From a virus: a DNA stretch of 64,000 bases. The stretch is taken from positions 64,001-128,000 of IMG/VR virus record IMGVR_UViG_3300044846_005100, one strand, 5' to 3'. A program made the translations under genes and the position numbers. Within the stretch, counting starts at the first letter, position 1; each line of letters starts with the position of its first letter. Positions 45,880 to 54,841 of this stretch are shown piece after piece. Under the pieces are notes generated by a model. The model did no database searches. It worked only from the letters and a program-made list of their open reading frames with translations, and had not been told where the DNA came from.

Positions 45880-46488
45880 ATGAAGTTAAGTACTTATAAA
45901 GATTTATTGTGTGATTTAGATGCCCAGATTTCAAAACTGGTGCAATCTTTTTGTAGATCCGAAACTTACGGATATAAAGTTTGTAAAGATAAACTACAAA
46001 AACTAATTCATACAAAACAACTTTTAGAAAATAATTTTAATCTACCCGAAATGAGTAGATTGTTTTATAGTTGTACTAGCAATGAAGATGGCACCATTAA
46101 AACAATAAAAAGATTTAATAAAATTGTAGGAAATAAAGTAGAATTAATAGTAAAAACTATTACTAAAACATTAAATACTACTCGTCAATTTTATTTTGAA
46201 CTTCCAACTATTCCTCATACAGAAGGTTTTTATATTTATTCATTATGGATAAATTGTCAATTAAATTCTGTAGAAGATGTAGATAAAGTATTAGCAATTT
46301 TAGAAAAAGCAAATTATTTAGGATTTTATGGGTTTCAATATGATGCATTTAATAATGCTATTGGTGCTAATGAATCTTATGTATATGAAGAAGAATTTTC
46401 TTATGAATATGTAGATTTTGATGTATTAAATACTCTTCAGTGTTTAAATGAAAAGCCTATTATTTCATTAATAGAAAAAATTAACTAA
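45880..46488 (+). CDS. putative structural protein
   Basis: Start MKLSTYK; in the fibre operon. Confidence 0.55.
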   Translation: MKLSTYKDLLCDLDAQISKLVQSFCRSETYGYKVCKDKLQKLIHTKQLLENNFNLPEMSRLFYSCTSNEDGTIKTIKRFNKIVGNKVELIVKTITKTLNTTRQFYFELPTIPHTEGFYIYSLWINCQLNSVEDVDKVLAILEKANYLGFYGFQYDAFNNAIGANESYVYEEEFSYEYVDFDVLNTLQCLNEKPIISLIEKIN

Positions 46489-46535
46489 AAACTTAAAATT
46501 TATTTATAGTTTTGTAAACTATTAAAACAAAAAAT

Positions 46536-47552
46536 ATGTGTGAAGAATGTAATCCTATAGAAAGTAATACTGGAGTAATTCATTACTCTGGGCCAGACTT
46601 AGTTATATGTAATGGAAATACCATTACTAATGGAGAATTACTTACTTCTGTAATCGCAAAAATAGATAATTGTATTGGAGCATTACAGTTTGAATTAGAT
46701 TTTACAGGATTAGTTGAAAATAGTCCTTGTATTAATTTAACAAAAACTTCTTTACAAACAGTATTGCAAAGTATTTTAAACACTGAGTCTGCTTATTGTA
46801 CTCAATTGCAAACTTTAAATACTCAAATAACAAATTTACAAACTCAAGTAAATAATTTACTTTTAGCAAAACCTGTTGTAGTAACTGCTTGTGATCCTAG
46901 TAGAGTACAATTAACTCAGGGAAATGTAGTAAATACTTTTAAAGTAAATGGACTTGTTCCTCCTAAAACTATATTACCTTATTTTGGTTTACCTACCGAT
47001 TTTAGTCCTACAGGATTAGGTATAGCAGGTACACAAACTGCAGGATGGGCTATAGCAAATGGACAAAATGGAACTATTAAAGTTATAGATACTGCTAATT
47101 TAATTTTTCCTTTTATAAAATATGGTCCTTCAGCAATTACTACTTCAAGTGGAAGTAATACAGTAACTTTAGATGCTCCTAATATTCCAGAAGTATCTTT
47201 TACTACAAATGCTAACTTTGATTTAGATTTTACAGGAGAAACAGATTTAGATGGTAAACATAGACATAAGTTTCCAATTTCTGAAAATGATTGTGGAGAT
47301 TGTAATGATGGAATTCCTTCTGGAGATCCTACATCATGCCAAGGTGCAGGACTAAATCCAGAAAGCGGAGATATTCAATGTTATAGCGATGGATACTGTT
47401 CTGCGGCAGGAGAACATTCTCATACATTTACTATTAATTCAACTGCAACAGGATCTTTTAATGCTGTAGTAGGAAATCCTGAACCTGAATCTTTTAGTGT
47501 TGTCCCTGTTCATATACAAGCTATTCCTATACAATGGGTGGGTCTATGTTAA
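46536..47552 (+). CDS. tail-collar-domain fibre protein
   Basis: VPPKTILPY...GWAIANGQNGT, GKHRHKF and GEHSHTF repeats, coiled coil. Confidence 0.7.
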   Translation: MCEECNPIESNTGVIHYSGPDLVICNGNTITNGELLTSVIAKIDNCIGALQFELDFTGLVENSPCINLTKTSLQTVLQSILNTESAYCTQLQTLNTQITNLQTQVNNLLLAKPVVVTACDPSRVQLTQGNVVNTFKVNGLVPPKTILPYFGLPTDFSPTGLGIAGTQTAGWAIANGQNGTIKVIDTANLIFPFIKYGPSAITTSSGSNTVTLDAPNIPEVSFTTNANFDLDFTGETDLDGKHRHKFPISENDCGDCNDGIPSGDPTSCQGAGLNPESGDIQCYSDGYCSAAGEHSHTFTINSTATGSFNAVVGNPEPESFSVVPVHIQAIPIQWVGLC

Positions 47553-47581
47553 TAATAAATAATAAATAAAAAATAAATACT

Positions 47582-49360
47582 ATGTGTAATAATTATCCAA
47601 ATTGTAACTGTCCAAGTTGTACACAATGTCAAGATTGTACTCAAGTAACTCCTACTTGTAATTGTACAACAACTTGTACCTGTACTACTGAACAGTTTAC
47701 AGAAGAATGTCCTAATGGATTACAATCTACTGATTGTTTAGTATATACTGGAGACAACTTAAAAAATTGTCAAAATAATGATTTTTTACTTAGAGGTACA
47801 AATTTTAATACATTTTTATCCCAACTTTGGGAAACAGTTAAATGTGCTGCAACAGCAACTACAGATACAATAGATTATGTAGGTACAGATATTAAAGATT
47901 GTACTAATACTATAACTATTGTTACTACAAATACTCCTGTAACTACAGCTTTAAATAATATATGGAATTATATTAAATGTTGGAAAAATGATTTACAAAC
48001 TTTAATAACTAATAGACAACCTATTTGGACAGGAAGTAGTTCTATTACAGTAGGAAGTAGTCAACCTGCTCCTTATAATAATATAAATACTGCTTTAGCT
48101 GAATTAGCTAAATATCATTTTAATACTACATTTAGTATTTATTTAGAAGATGGTAATTATGGTACAAATAATGAAGTTATTTTTGATAGTTTTTTTAATG
48201 ATAAAAATACATTAATTGTAGAATCATTATCTGGTATTAAAGAAAATGTAATTATAAAATCAATTCCAGGAACAACTGCAATTGAACTAAAAAAAGGAAA
48301 TTTATTATTTAGAAGAATTAGTTTAGGTACTAATAATACAAATCCTGTTTTAAAAATAAAAGGATCAGGAACTAATGTAAATTTAGATGAAGTTAAATTA
48401 ATTACTAATCCTGGAGATAAAACTTTAATTGATGTTTCTGAAAGTGCATCTATAAATTTAAAAAATTGTACATTTGTAGATTCAAATACTGCAAATACAT
48501 CTCCTTTTATTTATGCTGAAAGACAAGGAAATGTTACTATTTCTGGAGGTACATATACAGTAAATAGAAATTTTTTTACAGGAAGAAATGCTAGTTTGTA
48601 TTTAACAGGAAGTTCTATTAATTTTACAAATCTTGTTGCTACATATTTATTTGTTTTTACAGCAAATAGTACTGGTAATATAATTAACACTACTATAATA
48701 AATTCAAATGTTTTAGGACCACAAAGTACCGCTTTTTATAGTGAACAAAGTACACTTTATGTATATAATGCTTTTAATGTTACTACATATTGTATTGAGG
48801 GATTTCAAACAGCATTTAATATTTTAGAAAATTCTTCGGTTTATATTTATAATCAAAATAATTACTCTAAATACAATAATACATATTTTTGCGTTACAAC
48901 TTCAAGTAATTTTAATATGTTTAGTGGACATATTGGATGTTTTGATTATACTATTCCTACACTTGGTGTTTATAATTTATCAAGTAAAGTAAGATTAAAT
49001 GGGGTATATTTAGAATCTAATAGAGTAATTAATAGTTGGAATAATGCAGATAGTACTTTTGAAAATTGTACTTTTGTATTTAATACAACTTGGGCTTTAG
49101 CAAATCCTACTCAAAATAAATTTTTTATTTGGGAAGATAATGGTTGTACTTCTACTTTTGCCAATTGTACTTTAGATTTAAATAATTTATCTACAGGAAT
49201 TAGAAGTTCTGTTAATGGTACACAATTTTGGATAGATTCTAGTAATTTTATAAATGTACCTGGTAATGCAAGACTTATTTCAGATTTTAATTCAATTGTA
49301 TATGCACCTTTAGTTACTGGAATTACAAAATTAGCTGGTACTAATAGTCTTATTTATTAG
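47582..49360 (+). CDS. tail spike/fibre with Cys-rich N-terminus and pectin-lyase-like beta-helix
   Basis: YNNINTAL..IYLEDGNY then N/T/S-rich beta repeats. Confidence 0.7.
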   Translation: MCNNYPNCNCPSCTQCQDCTQVTPTCNCTTTCTCTTEQFTEECPNGLQSTDCLVYTGDNLKNCQNNDFLLRGTNFNTFLSQLWETVKCAATATTDTIDYVGTDIKDCTNTITIVTTNTPVTTALNNIWNYIKCWKNDLQTLITNRQPIWTGSSSITVGSSQPAPYNNINTALAELAKYHFNTTFSIYLEDGNYGTNNEVIFDSFFNDKNTLIVESLSGIKENVIIKSIPGTTAIELKKGNLLFRRISLGTNNTNPVLKIKGSGTNVNLDEVKLITNPGDKTLIDVSESASINLKNCTFVDSNTANTSPFIYAERQGNVTISGGTYTVNRNFFTGRNASLYLTGSSINFTNLVATYLFVFTANSTGNIINTTIINSNVLGPQSTAFYSEQSTLYVYNAFNVTTYCIEGFQTAFNILENSSVYIYNQNNYSKYNNTYFCVTTSSNFNMFSGHIGCFDYTIPTLGVYNLSSKVRLNGVYLESNRVINSWNNADSTFENCTFVFNTTWALANPTQNKFFIWEDNGCTSTFANCTLDLNNLSTGIRSSVNGTQFWIDSSNFINVPGNARLISDFNSIVYAPLVTGITKLAGTNSLIY

Positions 49361-49391
49361 TAAATAATTAAATAAAATAAAATATAAAGAA

Positions 49392-49910
49392 ATGAATGAA
49401 TTTAGAGTAAAATATGTAAAATTAACTACAGATTATTTCGTAGATTTTTTATCTCAAGAAAATAAAACTTTTTTAGTTTTAGATAAAGATCAAACTGTAA
49501 TTTTTGATGCTTTTCAAGTTAAACCTGATAATAAATATAAATTTTTAGAGTGGGCACAAAAAGCTAGAATTAAATGGAACTTTCCTGCTTCTTGGAGTGG
49601 TAATCCTACTGATATGATTGTTACAGAAGATGTATATAAGTTTGGTGTATTAGAATCTGTAAATAGTAATTTATGGTTAAATGTTACAACTTTTCCTGGA
49701 ATTACTTTTCCTAATACTACAATAGTAGATAATGAAGGTAATACAATAGTTATTCCTGGGGGAGGAACACCTACAACTATTACTACTAGTAATAAAACAT
49801 TTGCAGAAATGTATGCAGAAGCAACTTTACAAGGAGTATTTTTTGGAGAAGTTTATTTACCAGAACTATATGTAGGAAAAGCTACAGCAGGAGGAGATTT
49901 ATTTGTATAA
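49392..49910 (+). CDS. putative structural protein
   Basis: 172 aa in the fibre operon. Confidence 0.55.
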   Translation: MNEFRVKYVKLTTDYFVDFLSQENKTFLVLDKDQTVIFDAFQVKPDNKYKFLEWAQKARIKWNFPASWSGNPTDMIVTEDVYKFGVLESVNSNLWLNVTTFPGITFPNTTIVDNEGNTIVIPGGGTPTTITTSNKTFAEMYAEATLQGVFFGEVYLPELYVGKATAGGDLFV

Positions 49911-49911
49911 T

Positions 49912-50658
49912 ATGACAAGAGAAGCAATTATAAAACTTTTTGGGTATAAAGGAGGAAGAAAATTATATAACTTATTATATAGTAGTTGTAATAATTTCTG
50001 CTGTATGGTTAAAGATTGTCTTGGAATAAGTTCTTCAGGAAGTGCAACATTGTATTTAAATCAACAAGGAGATTGGAGTGCTTCAACAGGACCTCAAGGA
50101 CCCCAGGGTCCACAGGGACCACAAGGTGTTCCAGGACCTGTAGGTATGCCAGGATTATTTGCACAAACAGCAAATAGTACACCTATTACGGGTACTACAG
50201 TAGAAACTACTTTAATAAATGGAGGAGTTGGTACCTTATCAGTCCCTGCTAATGGATTTCAAGTGGGAGATAGCTTTAGAGCTGTCTTTGGTGGTGTTAT
50301 GGATGCTGCAAATAATCAAACTATTAGAATTAAATTAAAAACAGGATCTGTTATTCTTCTAGATAGTGGAGTTCAAAACCTTGGAAGTGCTATTGTAGAT
50401 GATGTATGGAGTTTAAATGTTGATTTCACTATTAGACAAGTTGGAGCTGCTACTGTAGCTTCTATTGTATCATTAGGGTCTTTTCATTACACAAAAACTA
50501 ATAATGCTTCTGTTCAAGGATTTGGGTTTAATGTAATTAATAATACTACTTTTAATACTACTATAAATAATACACTAAATGTAACTGTACAATGGGGCTC
50601 CAATAATGCTTCAAATAATATATATAGTGATATTTTTATACTAAACAAAACATATTAA
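49912..50658 (+). CDS. fibre protein with a short collagen repeat
   Basis: GPQ x4-GVPGPVGMPG; N-module shared with 50669; start MTREA. Confidence 0.7.
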   Translation: MTREAIIKLFGYKGGRKLYNLLYSSCNNFCCMVKDCLGISSSGSATLYLNQQGDWSASTGPQGPQGPQGPQGVPGPVGMPGLFAQTANSTPITGTTVETTLINGGVGTLSVPANGFQVGDSFRAVFGGVMDAANNQTIRIKLKTGSVILLDSGVQNLGSAIVDDVWSLNVDFTIRQVGAATVASIVSLGSFHYTKTNNASVQGFGFNVINNTTFNTTINNTLNVTVQWGSNNASNNIYSDIFILNKTY

Positions 50659-50668
50659 AAAATAAATA

Positions 50669-51736
50669 ATGAACAAATTAAGTAGAGCAGATATTTTAAC
50701 AATGTTTGGTTACAAAGGAGGAACTAAACTATACAATTTATTATACAGTAGTTGTGCTAATTTTTGTTGCATGATTGAAAATTGTTTAGGAATTTCTAGT
50801 AGTGGTAATCCAAATTTAGTTTTAAATCAACAGGGTGATTGGTTAGATGTAATAAACGGTACTAATTTTTTAAGAGTAGCAGCTACCGAGAATAATGTAA
50901 ATAATGGTAATAATTTTTTAACATTATATAATTTAGCAAAAACTCTTACTCCAAATGGATTACCATTATCTTCCACTAATAGGTTGACATTAATAGTAGA
51001 CCCTGGATATTATTCTTTTTCAACTATGTTAAATATTGATGCTCAATATATTGACATTGTATCTAAAACGGGCAACACTGATTTATTTTTTGAATTTACA
51101 AGTCCTAATACTATATATGTAACAGCAAATGATGTTTATTTAAGAGGGATTAATGTAGGTACAACTTCCTTTAGAATAGCAACTAATTTAGCTTTACTTA
51201 AATGTGAAAAATGTAAAGGAGGAAATGTTTCATTTAATAGTTTAATTGAAACTGTTGTTGCTAGTGGTACTTTTATAGATTGTGAAGGTGGTAATAACTC
51301 TTTCGGTACTTGGAATGGTGTTATGGCCTTTCCAGTAAATGGTTCTACTACTGGAACATTTATAAGATGTAAGGGTGGTGCAGAATCTTTTGGTAGTAGA
51401 AATAGTTGTGGGGGATTATTTATAGATTGTGAAGGAACTAGTCAAAATGCATTTGGAAGAGGTTCAGTTATAACTGGAACTTTTATAAGATGTAGAGCTT
51501 TTGGTAATTTTTCTTTTGGTCAAGGAACTGGTTCAACATCTACAGGATTTTATTATTATTGTATAGGAGGAGTTAATAATTTTTCATCAGCTACAAATAA
51601 TGGATTTTATTATCATTGTGTATCAGGAAGTTCTTCTTTTACAGGATTATCTGGAGCTAGTACAGGAAAAGCTTTGTATTGTGTAAATAATAATAATCCA
51701 TTTAATTATGGATTTACTGCAACAAATATGATTTAA
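50669..51736 (+). CDS. beta-helix fibre/spike protein (mosaic)
   Basis: N-module of 49912 plus TPNGLPLS domain and C-x-GG-xx-SFG repeats of 42998. Confidence 0.7.
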   Translation: MNKLSRADILTMFGYKGGTKLYNLLYSSCANFCCMIENCLGISSSGNPNLVLNQQGDWLDVINGTNFLRVAATENNVNNGNNFLTLYNLAKTLTPNGLPLSSTNRLTLIVDPGYYSFSTMLNIDAQYIDIVSKTGNTDLFFEFTSPNTIYVTANDVYLRGINVGTTSFRIATNLALLKCEKCKGGNVSFNSLIETVVASGTFIDCEGGNNSFGTWNGVMAFPVNGSTTGTFIRCKGGAESFGSRNSCGGLFIDCEGTSQNAFGRGSVITGTFIRCRAFGNFSFGQGTGSTSTGFYYYCIGGVNNFSSATNNGFYYHCVSGSSSFTGLSGASTGKALYCVNNNNPFNYGFTATNMI

Positions 51737-51755
51737 CTTTTTAAATAAATTAAAT

Positions 51756-52079
51756 ATGATTTACTATAATTTAAAAGATATAAATAATTTTAAAGAAATT
51801 ATTTTACCAGAAGTACAAGAACCCACTGTATCATTAGATGATGATTTTGAAACTACAGATTCTGAAGAAATTTTAATTAAAACTTTTAAAGAAAAAATAA
51901 ATGAAAAATTTATTGATTTAAAAGATATAGAGTTTTGTTCAAAGCTGGTAGAAATTTTTATTGAAACATTTGAACCTGCAATATTAATATCAGTAGATAT
52001 ATCCATAGATGATAATTCTTTTTATGGCTTAATTAATTGCAGAAATATTAACTTACAATTACGTCAAATTAGATTTTAA
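51756..52079 (+). CDS. small acidic protein, possible fibre chaperone
   Basis: Follows a beta-helix gene. Confidence 0.5.
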   Translation: MIYYNLKDINNFKEIILPEVQEPTVSLDDDFETTDSEEILIKTFKEKINEKFIDLKDIEFCSKLVEIFIETFEPAILISVDISIDDNSFYGLINCRNINLQLRQIRF

Positions 52080-52234
52080 TGGGAAAGTATTTTAATGCAT
52101 TCATAATGGCCATAATTACGTTTTTTTCACCTATAGCTGGTTTATTATTAGCTGTAGGAGCTATGATTTTTACAGATACTATATTAGGTGTCACAATCCC
52201 TTTTGATCTTGGAGCAACTTATGAAATATCTTAA
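52079..52234 (+). pseudogene. truncated phage holin (51 aa)
   Basis: FFSPIAGLLLAVGAMIFTDTILG holin-type start, then unrelated TIPFDLGATYEIS and a stop. Confidence 0.5.
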
Positions 52235-52242
52235 AAACAATT

Positions 52243-52560
52243 ATGGAAAAATTTTTATTGACTTTTTTTGGAAACTCAGATTTAATTGAAATATCTTCAG
52301 GAGCCTTTTGGGCTGTGATATGTTCTTTATTTGTTAATCTTAACAAATTAAAGAAAATGAAAATAGAGGATTATATAAAAATATTATTAAGTATAATTAT
52401 TACATTGAGACTATACCCTGTAGCTTCATCATGGATTGGTATGGATTTAGATTTAGGAAATACCACTGCAGTATCGGCAGTTACTGGTGCTATTGCAGGA
52501 TTAGTTGGAGTGAAGTTTATAAATAAGATTACAACTTTTTTAAGCGATAAATTAAACTAA
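52243..52560 (+). CDS. holin-like membrane protein
   Basis: Three hydrophobic helices upstream of the endolysin. Confidence 0.55.
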   Translation: MEKFLLTFFGNSDLIEISSGAFWAVICSLFVNLNKLKKMKIEDYIKILLSIIITLRLYPVASSWIGMDLDLGNTTAVSAVTGAIAGLVGVKFINKITTFLSDKLN

Positions 52561-52561
52561 A

Positions 52562-52789
52562 ATGACAAAGACTACCTCAGAAGAAAAAGGGACTTTAATA
52601 CCTATAAAATATATTATAGCTATTATAGCTTTTTTATTGGTAATTATTTCTAAGACATTGGCAGACTATAGAGAAACTGCCAAACTTTGTGAATCTAAAT
52701 ATAGTGATTTACTAAAGGAAATTATTCTTAATAGTCAATTAAAAGAAAAAAACAAAGAACTGGTAAATATAAATTCTGATAAAAAATAA
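52562..52789 (+). CDS. single-TM protein (lysis module)
   Basis: TM plus coiled coil. Confidence 0.55.
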   Translation: MTKTTSEEKGTLIPIKYIIAIIAFLLVIISKTLADYRETAKLCESKYSDLLKEIILNSQLKEKNKELVNINSDKK

Positions 52790-52815
52790 TTTTTTAATTC
52801 AAAACTAAGATAGAA

Positions 52816-53211
52816 ATGTTTCATTTAAAACCATTATTTGTAGGAACTACAGGAATAGGATTAACTTTATTAACACTATTACCTTTTAATAAAAAAGAAG
52901 AGCCTATATGTTATGACTGTAGTATAGATATGATTAAAAAAAATAATGATAGCTTGAAAAAAGTAAATACTGTTTTGTATGCTAAAGTAAAAGATACTTT
53001 ACAAATTGGAAAATTAGCAATTAAAGAAGTAGCACAGTTAAAAGAAGAAGTAAAAGATTTACAACAAGATTTAGTAAAAAAACCTGAAGTAATATATGAC
53101 ACTATTCATGATACAGTATATTATGCAAAAGGAATTTTAGGAAAATATAAACAAATAGAAAAATCTCAATTATTTAAAATTGAAGATACAAAAATAGATA
53201 CAATAAATTAA
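52816..53211 (+). CDS. membrane-anchored coiled-coil protein (spanin-like)
   Basis: N-terminal TM, coiled coil, YDTIHDTVY. Confidence 0.5.
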   Translation: MFHLKPLFVGTTGIGLTLLTLLPFNKKEEPICYDCSIDMIKKNNDSLKKVNTVLYAKVKDTLQIGKLAIKEVAQLKEEVKDLQQDLVKKPEVIYDTIHDTVYYAKGILGKYKQIEKSQLFKIEDTKIDTIN

Positions 53212-53217
53212 TAAACC

Positions 53218-53682
53218 ATGCAATTATCAAAACATTTAGAATTAGCAGAAGTAATCAGATCTTCAACAGCTAAAAGATTAGGTATTAAAAATGAACCTAC
53301 AACAATTCATTTAGAAAATTTAAAAATATTAGCTTTACACATATTTGAGCCAATAAGAAATCACTTTGGAAGACCTATATTTATTTCTAGTGGATATAGA
53401 AGTGCAGCTTTAAATAAAGCAACACCAGGAGCTAGTACTACATCTCAACATTCTACAGGAGAAGCCATAGATATAGATATGGATGGTACAGAAATTACAA
53501 ATGCTCAAATATTTGAGTTTATAAAAAATAATTTAGAATTTGATCAATTGATTTGGGAATTTGGGACTAAATCTAATCCTGATTGGGTTCATGTTTCTTA
53601 TGAGTCTAAAGGAAAACAAAGAAAGCAGATATTAGTTGCTACTAAAATAAACGGCAAAACACATTATAGTCCTTTTAGTTAA
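53218..53682 (+). CDS. endolysin, peptidase M15A family
   Basis: ISSGYRS..LN, SQHSTGEAIDID, FDQLIWEFG, WVHVSY. Confidence 0.92.
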   Translation: MQLSKHLELAEVIRSSTAKRLGIKNEPTTIHLENLKILALHIFEPIRNHFGRPIFISSGYRSAALNKATPGASTTSQHSTGEAIDIDMDGTEITNAQIFEFIKNNLEFDQLIWEFGTKSNPDWVHVSYESKGKQRKQILVATKINGKTHYSPFS

Positions 53683-53691
53683 AAAAAAATT

Positions 53692-54165
53692 ATGAATACA
53701 TTTAGTAAAATATTAATACTTGTATTGAGTATTATTTGTGTATATCTCTGGTTTAATAAAAGCAGTAGTATTTCAGAGAAAGAAAGTATTATACAAAAAC
53801 TAGAAGATAGCTTATCAAAAAAAGTAGATACTTTTATAGTAATGAGAGATACTGCTAAACACAAATACAATCAATCTAAGAAATTTATAATTAAATATGA
53901 TACTATTTACAAGCCAGGAAAAGATACGATTTGTGACTCTTTAGTAAATGCACAAAGAATAGCATTGAATAATTGCGACACTGTTATAAATATTTCAGAT
54001 ACACTTATAAAAACATTAATAATAAGAGATACTGTTAGAACAGAACATATAAAGTATTTAAAAAATAAAAATCTTTTTTCTTTAGTAGGGGGAGGAGGAT
54101 ATGGTCTTACTCCTCTAGGGTTTCTGCCTCATTTAGGTATTACTTTTGGAATAAAAATAAAATAA
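53692..54165 (+). CDS. spanin-like protein
   Basis: N-terminal TM, coiled coil, C-terminal GGGYG...LGITFGI beta hairpin; follows the endolysin. Confidence 0.55.
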   Translation: MNTFSKILILVLSIICVYLWFNKSSSISEKESIIQKLEDSLSKKVDTFIVMRDTAKHKYNQSKKFIIKYDTIYKPGKDTICDSLVNAQRIALNNCDTVINISDTLIKTLIIRDTVRTEHIKYLKNKNLFSLVGGGGYGLTPLGFLPHLGITFGIKIK

Positions 54166-54170
54166 AACTA

Positions 54171-54200
54171 TTGACAAGTAAAATAAAGTTCGTATATTTG
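54171..54200 (+). promoter_or_regulatory. canonical sigma-A promoter with no downstream ORF
   Basis: TTG-N19-TATATTTG. Confidence 0.8.
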
Positions 54201-54204
54201 CGGA

Positions 54205-54535
54205 ATATTTATTTCACTGAAACAAATTTCTAGTGCCTGACGTTTGAGGGGAAACCCTGGTTCATAAGATTCCACTAGATAGTTTTAAATAAGTAAGGAC
54301 CTCCGAGGATTAACAATTTAGATACCTTCAGGGAAAGGAGAGGAAAAACAGGATCAATAGACGTAAGAGTTGGGCTTCCCAATTTCCTGTATAATATACG
54401 ATAGCAGATATATCCTAAGTATGGTGACATATATGGAATACTGTAACGAACTTACCAATAGAAACAAGATAAATAGTTTTTTTAACATTGTCTTTACCGA
54501 AAAATTTAACTTCGGGAGAACCCTTAATTTTTTTA
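54205..54535 (+). ncRNA. candidate large structured RNA with GAAA tetraloop and 11-nt receptor
   Basis: AGGG-GAAA-CCCT 54247-54258; CCTAAG-[TATG GTGA CATA]-TATGG 54414-54436; further stems. Confidence 0.72.
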
Positions 54536-54612
54536 ATATTACTTAATTCTAATACTAGTTTAATGGCCAGAACTATGCTTAAAAATTTTTTTCATAAAAA
54601 TGCATTTTTTTC

Positions 54613-54642
54613 TTGACATTTGCAAAAAAAGTATTATCTTTG
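54613..54642 (+). promoter_or_regulatory. canonical sigma-A promoter
   Basis: TTG-N19-TATCTTTG. Confidence 0.8.
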
Positions 54643-54645
54643 CAT

Positions 54646-54738
54646 TGTATTTCATAGATACAATATTTATTATTCAAACAAATAATTTTTTGTACCGTAA
54701 CCCTCGCTGAATTCCCTTTGGGCGAGGGTTATTTTTTT
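54646..54738 (+). ncRNA. candidate ~90-nt small RNA
   Basis: Promoter, no ATG ORF, terminator TAACCCTCGCT/GGCGAGGGTTA plus T7. Confidence 0.7.
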
Positions 54739-54841
54739 GTCTAAAAAGTAATAAAATCATAATTTTTTTTTAATTTTGTAAAAAAATTTTTATACATATA
54801 TAAAAAAACCTTTATATTTGCATAAAAAATAAAATTAATAT

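Noticed and set aside
41548-52079. Diversity-generating retroelement acting on fibres
   Set aside because: No reverse transcriptase and no adenine-variant template/variable repeat pair in the window
54400-54480. Complete group I intron
   Set aside because: P6/P7-like words are present, but there is no room for P3/P8 and no interrupted exon
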